DNA from: Octopus sinensis
Lineage: Eukaryota
Direction of reading: 5' to 3'
Length of the DNA: 50,759 nt
Assembly: GCF_006345805.1 (NCBI RefSeq)
Contig: NW_021834209.1
Location: 1-50,759, forward strand
Part shown: piece by piece, positions 25,709 through 39,427 of the stretch
Layout of the letters: the number at the start of each line of letters is the position of its first letter
Numbering within the stretch: the first letter of the stretch is position 1
The notes under the pieces: model-generated
Seen by the model: the letters and a program-made list of their open reading frames with translations, nothing else
The model's database searches: none
Told to the model about the DNA's origin: nothing
Translations under genes and position numbers: made by a program

Positions 25709-26274
25709 CCTCCTTCTTTCTTTCCTTTCCTGAGCGTCCAATAATACTATACTTGTTCCACGTCCTCGCGTTGTTGCGTTTTCTCATTGTGTTTTCATGT
25801 TTGGATTAACTATATATATATATATATATGCATGCATATATGTACGTGCATATGTATGTATGTATGTATGCATGTAAGTATGTATGTATTTTAGGATGTG
25901 TTTGTCCTCCACTCTAGCGCTCGAGAATGTTTTTTTCATATCCCTCGAATCCTAATTGTTCAGCAAGAGGCTGCTAGAATAAATATCAGGCTTATAAAAT
26001 AAGTATTTGGGGTTGAAATGTAATCACGACAGTCATAAAGTGGTGGATTTTCCGTTGGTTTCCCCGATGAGGGTACTTTTGTTGTTTAACTGAATTCTTA
26101 CTGGTGTAAGTGGCCGAGTATTCCACAGAGCGCCGTACTCTTAAAGAACTCTGCAGGCTAACTAAGCGTGAGACTCGGTGACAAGTCTGAACTTTTTAAT
26201 TGCCATTGCAATACAGAGATTGAGAGAGGAAAGAAGGAAAAAGGAAAGGAGAACTGACTTCTACTTGTTCAATA

Positions 26275-26500
26275 CCTATTTCTTTACTACCCACAAGGGG
26301 CTACACACAGAGGGGACAAACAAGGACGAACAAAGGGATTAAGTCGATTACATCGACCCCAGTGCGTAACTGGTACTTAATTTATCGATCCCGAAAGAAT
26401 GAAAGGCAAAGTCGACCTCGGCGGAATTGAACGTAACGGTAGACGAAATACGGCTACGCATTTCGCCCGGCGTGCTAACGTTTCTGCCAGCTCGCCGCCA
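26275..26500 (-). mobile_element. SINE family S1 with Tx1-like tail
   Basis: Reverse complement of the 911-1146 unit with an internal deletion. Confidence 0.85.
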
Positions 26501-27984
26501 TTATTGTTCAATGTCTATCAACGCCAGGTCTTGAAATCAAAAGGCAGACCCTGTCACAAACCAATTGAGCTAACCATGACCCACGTCAGCAAATAGTGTA
26601 GTTATTCAGGCCCCATGCCAAGAAGCAGAATAGTTACACTTGACCCCCACCCCAAACAAGCAGAGTTGTTACAACAATTATTACTAATCAACAAGAAAAG
26701 TTACACAACAACAAGCACAACAACATATTGAAGATGAAATGTAGCGGAATGTTTTGCCGAATTAGTAAACATGGTGACACTCTATTTATAAATGGATGTC
26801 AGATTACGAACAGATGTAGGAGTAGATTAACGACAAATGCGAAGGATTTATAACTATTTTGATCCGATATTAATCCAGATTAAGGGTACATTGTGAAATA
26901 TCTCCTAAATAAACAATCTCACAGGAATGTGTAATTAAAATTACTCGACATTACAAGTGGCCTAAAAGCCCAGAAAAAAGCCCCCTCAGTATCAATATTT
27001 GCCATATTTCAGCACGCAAATACCTCTTAATCGGGTTAAAACTAATATATATTTTCATCTAGAAGGAAAACAGTTAATTCTCTTAAACACTATATTGTAA
27101 GATAAGGATAAGTGAGGCCGTTATTGGGGATTTTAAACAATCAGACCGGAGTGACGAAGGATCGAATTTTTCCTCATGCAGTTTATGATAAGATTTAACG
27201 CTTCAAACCGAAACTGTCGTCCTTCTTTAGCCATCAGTCGGCCCTCATGGAGCAAAGACGTTCCAGCCTTGGCCGTCACTCTTTTTATGTTTTAAGTAAT
27301 TTTATGTATGAATATATTTTTAAATCAGTCCGTCCTTTTTACGTGTTGCGGTACATAACACTCATGTTTATGCTGACGATGCTGTTGCTGTTAAGCCCTG
27401 ATCGAACCGAATTGAGAAGAATCAATAATCAAAGGAAATCCGTCTATGATTCGGCGTCTGTAACACTGTTACTCGAAGCGACATTCCTTGTTTACGACAT
27501 TAGACAATGATTCTGCTGTTGTTTCTAGCAGGCGGTGAACCAGCATACAAGTATCCTCTTCAACAAAGTAGGTACTATACACCAAATTAAGGGCGTCTGT
27601 GGGGTCAGTCAACCTGCTAAAAATATTAATCTTTATGACGAGATGAAAATGTGTGGAAGGCTTTCGATATAAGATCGCTTAATCTGGACAGATTCGATAC
27701 TAAAGAATGTCAACTTGAAATATTACTTACACTAAAATTGATACGTGTGTATGTATGTATGTATGTATGTATGTATGTATGTATGTATGTATGTATGTAT
27801 GTATGAGCAATCACTCGAACGCTTACATTGGAAATAAGATATTACTAGTGTTAGGTGAATATTTATAATAACAGTAGCATAGATTGTTTCAGGTTTAATA
27901 GCATTATATGGCCATAAAATTTTAAATTAGCACGAATCATAACGATACACGAAGCATTACCCTGCTTAAAAATAAAGGGTAATA

Positions 27985-28304
27985 GGGTAAAGACCCCTTT
28001 CAGTCATGAATGGTTATGGTATTGCACCTGGAAAGTTCCTCTCCAAAGCACAAGTCCGGGCAAGACTAGCAGCCGCCCATACATACCAGCCTCCACGTCA
28101 CCGATGTTATCCAAGGGAAAGGCAAAGGGGCCGATACAGCTTGGCACTTGTGACGTCGCAACTTATTTCTACAGATGAGTGAACTACAGTAACATGAAAT
28201 GAAGCGTCTTGCTCAAGAACACAATAGACAGCCCCGTCCGGGAATCGAACTCACTATCTCATGAGTGAGCCCGACGCTCTAATCACTGAGTCATGCGCCT
28301 TCAC
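27985..28304 (-). mobile_element. tRNA-derived SINE with an S3-like head/core and a different 3' tail
   Basis: Minus strand gtgaaggcgcatgactcagtgattagagcgtcgg...gagttcgattcccgg...ttgagcaagacgc...cactcatctgtagaaat, then an unrelated tail. Confidence 0.8.
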
Positions 28305-28409
28305 CTTTACATTTACCTTTATACACCTATGTATCATACATACATACACACACAGATATATAACAGATTATTGCACAAGGAATAAAAAAATTATTTAATG
28401 AATTTCATT

Positions 28410-28490
28410 AGCTTACACCTGTTTCGGGTACAAGATGCGATGCACATATAGTTAAGTGTTTGTACATCGCATTATAGCTTCGTCGGAGCT
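28410..28490 (-). ncRNA. Hammerhead-like motif with extended stem II
   Basis: AGCU-CCGACGA-...AUGCGAUGUACA/UGUGCAUCGCAU hairpin...-C-GAAA-CAGGUG-UA-AGCU. Confidence 0.55.
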
Positions 28491-28738
28491 TAAAAACAGA
28501 AGTGCAATTTTATTTTGGAAAGCATGTATATATATATATACATCCTATATAGGTAACATCAACAAAAAAAGTACTCTTTCCAGTGAGAGAAAAATATCAA
28601 TTTAATACACAACCGAAAGAGCTACTCATAGTTTCATAATACTTTTTAATGTTACTCTAACTAGGCATAATTATAAAATGCGTCATGTATCTCCAACCAA
28701 TCTTTCAGGCGATGTTTATACGTTATAAATATTTTAAA

Positions 28739-28972
28739 AGGCGGCGAGCTGGCAGAAACGTTAGCACCCTGGACGAAATGCTTATTGGTATTTCGTTTGT
28801 CTCTACGTTCTGAGTTCAAATTCCGCCGAGGTCGACTTTGCCTTTCATCCTTTCAGGGTCGATTAAATAAGTACCAGATACGCACTGGGGTCGATGTAAT
28901 CGACTTAATCCCTTTGTCGGTCCTTGTTTGTCCCCTCTATGTTTAGCTCTTTGTGGGTAATAAAAAAAATAT
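28739..28972 (+). mobile_element. SINE family S1 monomer with Tx1-like tail
   Basis: Full head-body-tail match to 911-1146, ending gggtaataaaaaaaat. Confidence 0.88.
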
Positions 28973-29457
28973 AAATATTTTAAATCTAGGATACTGGACA
29001 GAAGGAATTGGTAGGTGTATTGAGTTCTAACGCCAAGTTATTAATATCGGTATACCTATGCGAAATATTAATACAGATATCAATGTGTGTGTATGTGTGT
29101 GTGCAATGTGGAGGCACAAGCGTCTGAGTTCATAAATATAATAACGTAGATATTTTGTCATTGTATTTTATTCCATTTCTTTCCCTTTTCATGGAGGTTT
29201 TCTGGACGATTCAAGGAGGGCCTAAAACAAATGCCTTGGAATCTTCGAGATTTTGAAGTAGGTGTATGAAGACATATCACGTGATGAGAAAATCTGGAAA
29301 TGCAAACTGGTGGCCATACATAAGGGGATCAGAATGAAAATACAATTCTGTTGACCCTACAGTTTCTTTCGTAGTGTGTGAAGTTCTGTAACCGCATTTA
29401 TATATGGATAGATAGATAGATAGATAGATAGATGATAGATAGATGGATAGATAGATT

Positions 29458-29502
<45 letters not shown>

Positions 29503-29509
29503 CAGACAG

Positions 29510-29548
<39 letters not shown>

Positions 29549-29550
29549 AT

Positions 29551-29595
<45 letters not shown>

Positions 29596-29608
29596 CATAT
29601 ATATATAT

Positions 29609-29646
<38 letters not shown>

Positions 29647-29671
29647 GATAGATAAATAGATAGATAGATAT

Positions 29672-29757
<86 letters not shown>

Positions 29758-30468
29758 GGATAGATAGAAAGAAAGATAAGTAGATAAATAAATAGATAGA
29801 TCGAGAAATAGATAGATATAAATATATACAAACATAAATATATGAATTTATATGCATAAATTTTATAGGAAATGGCTAACTTTTACTTCGTAGTTAGCGC
29901 TCGGGTTTTCATTAGGAAGTCTGGTGAGGGCTATTAAAAAGAAAGTTCGAGATAGGTGTCAACATTTTCCTTGTAACTATAGAATAATTGTGATACTACA
30001 ATGACAGATACTCCAATTTCATGCTTGATTATATTTTCGTATAATGATAGGAGGAAACGAGCATTAATACAGGTAGATGTGTGTATTTGGGTATGCATGC
30101 ATATATTATTTTTATATACACACACATACAGATACATACATATATATATATATATACATATATATATACACATACGTGTGTACATACACACACACTTACA
30201 CACACATACACACACATGCATATATATATATACATAAATAGATATAAAATGACGATGTGGATAAGCTTGGGTTTTCACAAAAAGTAATGAACCAAGTGAT
30301 TTCCACAATACAAATAAATTCTGTAGGTGGGACAGTAAAAATGTGTAAGACATTCCTCAATTTTAAAACGTCACATCGTTTTTGCAATCTACATTCCAAC
30401 GATATTCAAATTTGTTTAATGATATGCAAACAATTGCATCTATATATATCTTAGCATAAAAAATGTGT

Positions 30469-30534
<66 letters not shown>

Positions 30535-30567
30535 AAGCCATCTATCTAGATACATACACGCACACAA

Positions 30568-30627
<60 letters not shown>

Positions 30628-30631
<4 letters not shown>

Positions 30632-31158
30632 GACGGGCTTCTTTCAGTTTTCTTCTACCAAATCGACATACAAGGCTCTGGTCGGCCCGAGGCTATAGGA
30701 GAAAACACTTGCCGAAGGTGCAACGCAATGGGACTGAACCTGGAACCATGTGGTTGGTAAGCAGGCTGCTTACAACAGTCATATTATTTTATTCTTCTAT
30801 TTGTTTCAGTCATTTGACTGCAGCCATGCTGCAGCACCGCCTTAAAAGATTTTAGTTGAAGAAGTCGACACCATGAATCATTCTTTCTACGCTTCGTACT
30901 TATTCTATCGATCTTTTTAGTCGAAGCACTATATTATTGGAATATAAACACACCAGCATCGGTTGTCAAGAGATGGTGGGGGGATAAACACACCAACACA
31001 CATATATCTATATACAACGGGCTTCTTTTGAGACCAAATCCAGTCTTAATGCTTTGGTCGGTTGAGGCTTTAGTAGAAGACACCTGCCCAACGTGCCACG
31101 CAGTGGGACTGAACTCTGAACCACATGGTTGGGAAACAAGGTTCTTACCGCACAGCTA
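30628..31158 (-). mobile_element. Two adjacent S2 SINEs (5' half 30628-30777; near-full copy 30797-31158)
   Basis: Reverse complements of 24320-24705. Confidence 0.85.
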
Positions 31159-31288
31159 CACACACACACACACACACACACAACACATATATATATATAT
31201 ATATATACATATGCAAAGAGGAGATAGCTATACAAGCACACGCATACATAGGTATATATATATATATATATATATGTGTGTTTGTATG

Positions 31289-31342
<54 letters not shown>

Positions 31343-31614
31343 TTGTTGTGTGTGGTGTGTGTGTGTAAATGAATATTTGTGTATGTAATTTAGACGTTAT
31401 TTTTCTTATCGGAACGCCCAGAATGCCACATTGGTGCTGTTTGTGGAAATATTCCGCTGGGTAAACCTACAGGTATGTGTGTCAAGTGTTCCGGGGGTAG
31501 ATTCCTTGTATATTCAGGCTAGAAGGGTCATTTACCCAAAAAGGTACACAGCAGGGGTATATGGCACGCTGAAAAAAAGCCACACGTCCTCCCATTACAA
31601 AAATACATGCACTC

Positions 31615-31647
<33 letters not shown>

Positions 31648-31678
31648 TGTATGTATGTATGTATGTATGTAGTAACAA

Positions 31679-31718
<40 letters not shown>

Positions 31719-32157
31719 CGTGCATAAATATACCTACATAAATACACACATTGTTATAGCATAGGAATTTACACAACTAACATATATATATACTAGCTCT
31801 TCCTGAAGTGTTATAAATCTGAAATTTGCTATCGTGTCACATATTTCTTCCTTACATACATGCATACACGCATACATACAGGCATACATACATACACACA
31901 CACTTTAAAGGATGATGGTTCCTTTAAAACCATTCTACCAAGTAGTTGGCCGATCAAATTTTATTCTACATCAAAAAGAGAAAGAGAATAATATACCCAC
32001 CTACCTACCTACCTACCTACCTACCTACCTACCTACCTACCTATATACATACATACATACATAGAGAGAGTTTACGAAAAAAAAAAACGAAGGACGAAGA
32101 CATGCGGTGTGCAAAAGAAACAGATGTATTAGTATAACGCTCAGGAATAGAAAAAGT

Positions 32158-32193
32158 CTTTTACGTTTCGAGCCTACACTCTTCTACAGAAAG
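32158..32193 (-). ncRNA. Hammerhead-like motif (CUGUAGA core variant) in a ~210-bp element (32062-32271)
   Basis: CUUU-CUGUAGA-A-GAGU-GUAG-GCUC-GAAA-CG-UA-AAAG. The downstream UUCCUGAGCGU...UAAUAC is shared with the 25597 element. Confidence 0.6.
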
Positions 32194-33008
32194 GGACACA
32201 GAAAAAAACAAGGAGAGAAACAAGGAGAGAAAAAAATGTGTGCAGTGACTAACGATCTATCATGGCGACTGACATACATACATGCATACATGAGAAACAA
32301 TAATTACACACATGCAAATCGTAAATAAAATGAACTTCCAAAACCTCAGTTTCTATACAATGTCTTCACATTTATACCAATAATAATTAGTATAATTGGT
32401 TTTTGCAAATTAATGACCTGGAAAATCTGGAGTTTTCAGAAAAATAAATCAACCAGCTAGCACTGCCATTGCAAATACAATCTGTATGCGGAACCATAAT
32501 ACTATGCAAGACTTTTCTCAAATCCATAATGGGAATTTGGTTTTACTATTTACATTCCATCGATGAAACTTTTTATTTGTACCAGACCATCTGGTTGCTT
32601 GCAAGAAGACTTCGAATAATTGAAAATGGAAAGAAATGACTGGTGATGCAGTAGCATCACTTCTTCAGCCCATTTCTTTCGAAGAATTACTTCACGTTTG
32701 GTTTTCTCGTCATTGATAATGTCTCATAGGGTTACTGAAGGTCTGCACAGCACTTACAAGTCCTACCCTACCATTATAAAGTGAAACCCTCCTGCAGCAG
32801 CCCGTCCACGTAGTTATGGTTTCTTTAGTTTGTTTGTTCCTAAACAACACTTATTTTAGTGCTATTGACACCACCGGATTGAATGGTACTGCACAAGTGT
32901 CGAAACCATAATAATACCCGAGGGGCAGCTGATGAAGGACGTATGTTGGATTGTTGCTATGGCTGTGGAATAGTATTATAACACATCATTTATATATATA
33001 TATATATA

Positions 33009-33377
33009 CTAGCAGTATCGCCCGGCGTTGCTCAGGTTTGTAAGGGAAATAACTATAAAGCATTTTTAGAGAGTTATAGCCAAAAAATAGCAAAAAAATG
33101 GAAAAAAAATGATGGTAAATCTTTTTTTGAGAGTTAAAAAAGGTCGAGTTGCGTCCCCTAGACAGTCTGTGGTTTGTGTTTCTGATTCTCGACCCCATGT
33201 CGAATTTATCAATTTTTTTCAGAACTGGGGGAATTTTTCAAAATTTTCGCTGCGTTAGTTTTGAATTATGACATTGGGCTATGTGTGTGTCAAGTTTCAT
33301 CAGAATCGGTTGAAAGCCGTGGTCAGGGTGAGGGTACAAGCAAACAGACACACAGAAACACACACAGACAAACTGCC

Positions 33378-33385
<8 letters not shown>
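33009..33385 (-). mobile_element. Non-autonomous Helitron (family B)
   Basis: Same CTAG/hairpin 3' end as family A with a different body. Near-identical to 45443-45820; sits in (TA)n. Confidence 0.85.
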
Positions 33386-33441
<56 letters not shown>

Positions 33442-33519
33442 ATGTGTGTCTGTGTTTGTGTGCGTGGAGGGGGTATGTGCGTTTGTGTGTGTGTGTGTGT
33501 GTTTGTGTCTTTGTGTTTG

Positions 33520-33712
33520 TACTTCCACTTAACAACTGCTATTTGTTTTATGTCCCCGTGTTTTGCCCCGAAACTTAGTATTTCGGGGCAAATGTGACAA
33601 ATAGAAAGACTAACAGAATGAAAAATATAAATACTGGAATCGATCTGTTCAAGGCGATGCCCCAGCATGGGCGCATGCCAATGACCGAAACAGGTTAAGG
33701 GCATAAAATAAT
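33520..33712 (+). mobile_element. SINE family S2, degraded 3' half
   Basis: tttatgtccccgt...actggaatcgatctgttc...ggcgatgccccagcatgg...aatgaccgaaac. Confidence 0.6.
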
Positions 33713-34286
33713 AGATAAAAACCAAGCTGAACCATGTCTTTAAAAAGCTTTGAGATCGATCCGATCCGTTTCAGAGCTAACTTGGGGCTAAACTCCATCA
33801 CATATTACAACAACAGTAACAACAACAACAATAACAACAACAACAACAACAGCAGCAGCAGCAGCAGCAACAACAACAACAACAACAGTAACGATAACCT
33901 AAATGAAGGTGACATTGGATAATGGAGTCCTTAATAGTATGAAAATATTTCTCCCCTATATTTCACCCGTCCTAACTGGTTGCCTCAGCCTAATCTGTGT
34001 AGTTTTCTAATTCCTGCATCCACTAATCGCTTTAATCTGCTTTAATCCATCAGTAAATATTATTTGACCATCCGTCAATACACAGTAAAGTCGATCTATT
34101 CACAAAAGCCCCCCAACACCCACCCTTCCCTTACACACTTCACACTTCCCGTCTTCCTTTTTCGTCTTTCTTTCTTTCTTTTTGCGTTTTCGTCTATTTT
34201 TCGTATAATACTTCGGATCTGTTTCTCAAATACTCCTCGTTACATTCTTCCTCTTCACCAGCTCCCTGTTTCTCTATCTCTCTCTT

Positions 34287-34335
<49 letters not shown>

Positions 34336-34399
34336 ACTTTATTTGTGGGTTAACAAATTTTGTTGAGCGCTCATTCTCACTGTTCGATACTAGCACGCG

Positions 34400-34490
<91 letters not shown>

Positions 34491-34525
34491 ATATATTTAT
34501 TTATATATATATATATACACACACA

Positions 34526-34625
<100 letters not shown>

Positions 34626-34889
34626 CACACAAACAACACACAACACACATCCAGAACCACGCTAATAGCTTAAGAGTGAAATTTACAATTTCTCGGTTTT
34701 CTTTGAATCGATTTTGATAAAACTTTTCCCAGCTGGTCTGCACATCTCTGGCAACACTGTTGTTAATTTTCATTATTCTGTATAACATCCTTTTTTTTAT
34801 GTCAGATTCTGCAGTTTTGGGTGAACCCCGCTTCACAGAAAAGTGAGAAATCATAAATTTCACTCTTAAGCTATTAGCGTCGTTCTGGT

Positions 34890-34957
<68 letters not shown>

Positions 34958-35028
34958 CATTCATATGTGTGCACATATACATAGATTTATATACATACGC
35001 CACACACACACACATATATATGTATACT

Positions 35029-35076
<48 letters not shown>

Positions 35077-35108
35077 GGGTGTGTATATATACGTGTATAT
35101 ATATATAT

Positions 35109-35147
<39 letters not shown>

Positions 35148-35185
35148 GTATGTATATGTATATGTATGTGGACACACATGAATGT

Positions 35186-35342
35186 AAGGCATGTCCCAAA
35201 AAATTTACTTCCCACCCATATGGTTCCGGGTTCAGTCCCGTTGCGTGGTACCTTGAGCAAGTGTCTTCAACTAAAGCCACGGGCCAACCCAAGACTTGTG
35301 ATTGGATTTGTCAAACGGAAACTGAAAGAAGCCCGCTGCATA
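35186..35342 (+). mobile_element. SINE family S2, 5' half
   Basis: tggttccgggttcagtcccgttgcgtggtaccttgagcaagtgtcttc...cggaaactgaaagaagccc. Confidence 0.8.
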
Positions 35343-35886
35343 CATGCGTTAGTGTGTGTTGTGTGTGCTTGTGTGTGTGCGCGTGTACGTATACAACAGT
35401 AATGGTGCCAGCTAGGACAAAGCAACAGCAAGAAGCGAATAATAATTTCTTCAAATATTCTTGGAATTTAAATCTAATTCCAATCAACACCACACACCCC
35501 ACCAACACCACCACAACTCTTTTTAGTCAGAACTATTTGAAAATCGTGACTTCTCATCCCGATTAACGGATGTAATTTAATCCGGTCTAATCTTGTATTA
35601 AAGAGGTAAATCACATAGCTATTAGAAGCAGGAAGAGGGGGAGATGAGGGGGAGGGCTAATGAAGGGGAAAAGTTAATAAAGAGATTTAAACGATAATTC
35701 CTTGATATACATTTGTTGCGGTTTAGAATTAATATTTTAATTTCAGGTTATGACAGCTCCCTTTATAGGAATGTGGCTTTAAGGGGTCACTGTTTGGGAA
35801 GAGGTGTAGATTTAGAGAATACGTTCTGTCGTTGATGTTAAGGAAGGAAGTGTGAATTTAAGGGATTAATATTAAGGAGCAGGAAG

Positions 35887-36755
35887 GAGGCGAACTGGCA
35901 GAATCGTCAGCATGCTTAGCAGTATTTCGTTTGCCGTTACGTTCTGAGTTCAAATTCCGCCGAGGTCGACTTTGCCTTTTATCCTTTCGGGGTCGATTAA
36001 ATTAAGTACCAGTTACGTACTGGGGTCGATATAATCAACTTAATCCGTTTGTCGGTCCTTGTTTGTCCTCTCTGTCTTTAGCCCCTTGTGGGTAGTAAAG
36101 AAATAGGTATTGCGTCTGTCTTTACGTTCTGAGTTCAAATCCCGCCGAGGTCGACTTTTCCTTTCATCCTTTCGGGGTTGATAAATCAAGTATCAGCCGC
36201 GCACTGGGATCGATCTAATCGACTGGCCCCCTCTCCCCTAAAATTTCGGGCCTTGTGCCTAGAGTAGAAAAGCATATATACAACGGCCCATGCCAGTTGC
36301 GTACTGGGGTTGATCTAATCGACAGGCACCCTCCCCCCAAATTTCGGGCCTTGTACTTTGAGTAGAAAAGAATATTAGGGAACATGAAGTTGGTGAGCTG
36401 GCAGAATCGTTAGCAGGCCGGGCGAAATTATAAGTGGTATTTCGCTCGTCTTTATGTTCTGTGTTCGAATTCCGCCAAGGTCGACTTTGCTTTTCTTCCT
36501 TTGGAGGTTAATAAAATAAGTACCAGTTGAGCACTGCGGTTGATGTAATCGACTTACGAAATTCCTGGCCTTGTACCAAAATTTGAAATTAATATCAAGG
36601 AAGAGGAATATGGCTTTAGGCACAAGGCCCGAAATTTTGGGGGAGGGGTCAGTCAATTAGATCGACTCCAGTACGCAATGGTGCTTAATTTATCGACCAC
36701 GAAAGGCAAAGTCGACCTCGACAGAATTTGAACGTTTCTGCCAGCTAGCCGCCTT
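35887..36755. mobile_element. Cluster of S1 SINEs: dimer (35887-36275), duplicated tail (36293-36374), monomer with a third tail type (36391-36597), inverted partial copy (36614-36755)
   Basis: Repeated gttctgagttcaaattccgccgaggtcgactttgcctttcatcctttcggggtcgat body in both orientations. Confidence 0.85.
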
Positions 36756-36844
36756 ACGAATAAGGCTTTACAAATGTTTAATGTTAACGTGGAAGTGAAG
36801 TTTTAGGGGAAGATAATATTAAGGAAGGGGTTGTGGATTTAGAG

Positions 36845-37173
36845 CAGTGATTCTCAACAATGGTTCCCTTCGATTACTATTTTATGCTGGTGCACTCCCA
36901 TAGCCATCTGATGTTTAAGATCTAGATTTATTGATATTTCTTTCCATTTCTTATTTTGTTATTCGCTTGTTTACTCATTTACTCATTCGCTCATTCACTT
37001 GTATAGGTTGAACGACGTAAAACGTTTATGAAAGAAACGTAGCAGTTTCTTACAAGATTCATTTGAATCAAAACTTCTCTTGGATCCTTAAAATAACACA
37101 ACGGATTCTCAATTTACTATTTTGCTAGCATGGACTCCCAAAAATCTTATATGGCCCCTGTTGACAACGAATG
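36845..37173. mobile_element. hAT (Charlie-like) MITE
   Basis: Degenerate TIRs CAGTGATTCTCAAC / GTTGACAACGAATG. The 8-bp flanks ATTTAGAG / GTTTAGGG resemble a decayed TSD. Confidence 0.6.
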
Positions 37174-37227
37174 GTTTAGGGGATAGTTGATGTTATTATT
37201 ATTATCATTATTATTATTATTATTATT

Positions 37228-37755
37228 GAGTGAGAAAGCAGTTCATGCCATCAAAGTGACACTGGGGTAAAATATACGAAGCCCAGTAATACTCATCATG
37301 ACTACCCGTCTGATAAGGGTACACTAGGTACATGCATCACAACCAAATGTACGCGACATGGTGATCTCATATAAAAATAAACAGCACATGACCTTGCAGG
37401 TGGGGCCAGTTAGAATTTTCTTCTGGTCGAGTAACCCATCCCGCTCAAAAGGTCCCTGAATAAGGATTGTTTAAGGATGTTGAACAAAACACCCATGTTT
37501 CCAGAGGTGAATTATCTAAACCTCCAAAGAATCCCTCTCAACACATGGATATGATGCTTCCTCACTACTTCTGCTCCTGATCAGAGATGCACATATTGTC
37601 AGCCACTAAGGGACATGCTCAACTGGTTAAGGTCAAACAACTGACAAGCAAATCTGTGGCATTGAGCAGAATATTTCCTGTAGCCCATCTTTTATACCAA
37701 GACAAAACAATGATCAGTTAAGATCAGAAGCCATGAGAGCCACTGCCTGGTACTG

Positions 37756-37757
<2 letters not shown>
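37228..37757. mobile_element. About 530-bp non-coding interspersed repeat embedded in (ATT)n
   Basis: Non-repetitive block sharply bounded by (ATT)n on both sides with no ORF. I recognise it as a recurrent octopus repeat from memory only. Confidence 0.55.
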
Positions 37758-37819
<62 letters not shown>

Positions 37820-37820
<1 letters not shown>

Positions 37821-38287
37821 TATGTTTGACTTTTGCTCTACATTTGCACATGCTGGCTCCAAATTTCCACCCAGAGACCTCAAGAGAACAACATTGGAAG
37901 TTCATGTTGTGTTTTATGTCTAGGGTGCCATATATTTGGTTTTTTTACTTAGTGTTGTACTAGTGAATGTCTAAACAACCGTACGTTATGTTTTGTTCGT
38001 TTAAAACTTGAGATTACATAGAAAGTATTTTGCGTAGGATATGAGCAGTTCCTGAGCACTATCTTTTGATTTCTTCTGCCATTTCGGGGTTTCACGGTAT
38101 CTGAGTTAGGTAGCAATCAGCCCCTTTTGCTATCATTCCCAGGGCACCTATGACAACAGGTATTGTTTTAGTTTTCAGGTTCTACATTTTGCTGATTTCT
38201 ATTTCAAGATCTTTATATTGCTCTCAGATTTTGGTAGGGTCTTGACAGATACGTTTTATATCGATTGGGACAGTCATATCAATGAGG
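37820..38287 (-). mobile_element. Second, more degraded R4/Dong-like RLE LINE 3' fragment in (TAA)n
   Basis: Minus strand gives LIDMTVP...KDLEIEISKM.NLKTKTIPVVIGALGMIAKG...GTAHILRKILSM* (stop 38014-38016), homologous to 10011..10310. (TTA)n on both flanks. Confidence 0.85.
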
Positions 38288-39001
38288 ATTATTATTATTA
38301 TTATTATTATTTTATTATATTTTATTATTATTATTATTATTTATTATTATTGCTCATGTTAGTGTTTCAGTTATACATGTTTCTCATAAAGCGTTGTCCC
38401 TTCCTTCCTATTACAATTATTTTTACACAAATCGTTCAGCCATCCTTAATGTATCTGAATCCCCGGCTAATCTCTCATACAATACTCACTGTTTGATAGC
38501 TGCAAATTTCAAACGTTTTTAAACCTAATTCTCACTAATCTTCCTTTATTAGAACGTTGATTGGCTATATGAGTTAATCGGTTAATCGGGTGTAATTATG
38601 AAAGAATGCTGACAAAATCAACTACAATGTAGAACTGGAATCCTTAATGTCTTACTTATTGGCAAAACGCGAAAATCCTTCGGGTTTCAACGAAGATTTG
38701 GATCACGGAGAAAATGTTTATCAGTTCCTGGGGCCAGGGTCTCTGAATGATGCATTCGTTGATACCCACTCTCTGCTTCCGGTCACATGCATACGACTAA
38801 ACAAACAAACACATATACACACATAGCCGTATGCGCACATACACATACAGGGGCACACGTACATGTAGGTATGCACACACACATACAAGTGCACACAATT
38901 CTGTACACACATGTACACACGCATACATACATACAATCGCATACACACACGCATACAAACAATCGCACGCGAACACACGTGAAAGCGCACACTCATAAAG
39001 G

Positions 39002-39036
<35 letters not shown>

Positions 39037-39229
39037 ACTCTTAATCCTGCACATACTTTTGCACATAAACACACATACACAAACACACACACACACACAC
39101 ACATACACACACTCCTAATCCTGCACATAGATACAGATCGATATTTAAATCTAATTCTTGAAATCTTTCGAAACAGGAAAAAATTCTGTGGTTCGGATGA
39201 ACTCTAAACCGTAAATGAGGAACAAATCA

Positions 39230-39283
<54 letters not shown>

Positions 39284-39285
39284 AC

Positions 39286-39367
<82 letters not shown>

Positions 39368-39427
39368 GTCTATATGCATGTGTATTTACACATACATTTG
39401 CACACACGTATATATGTATATACATAA

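Noticed and set aside
26897-27133. MITE with ~20-bp TIRs
   Set aside because: The inverted ends are too degenerate, and there is no TSD or second copy in the window.
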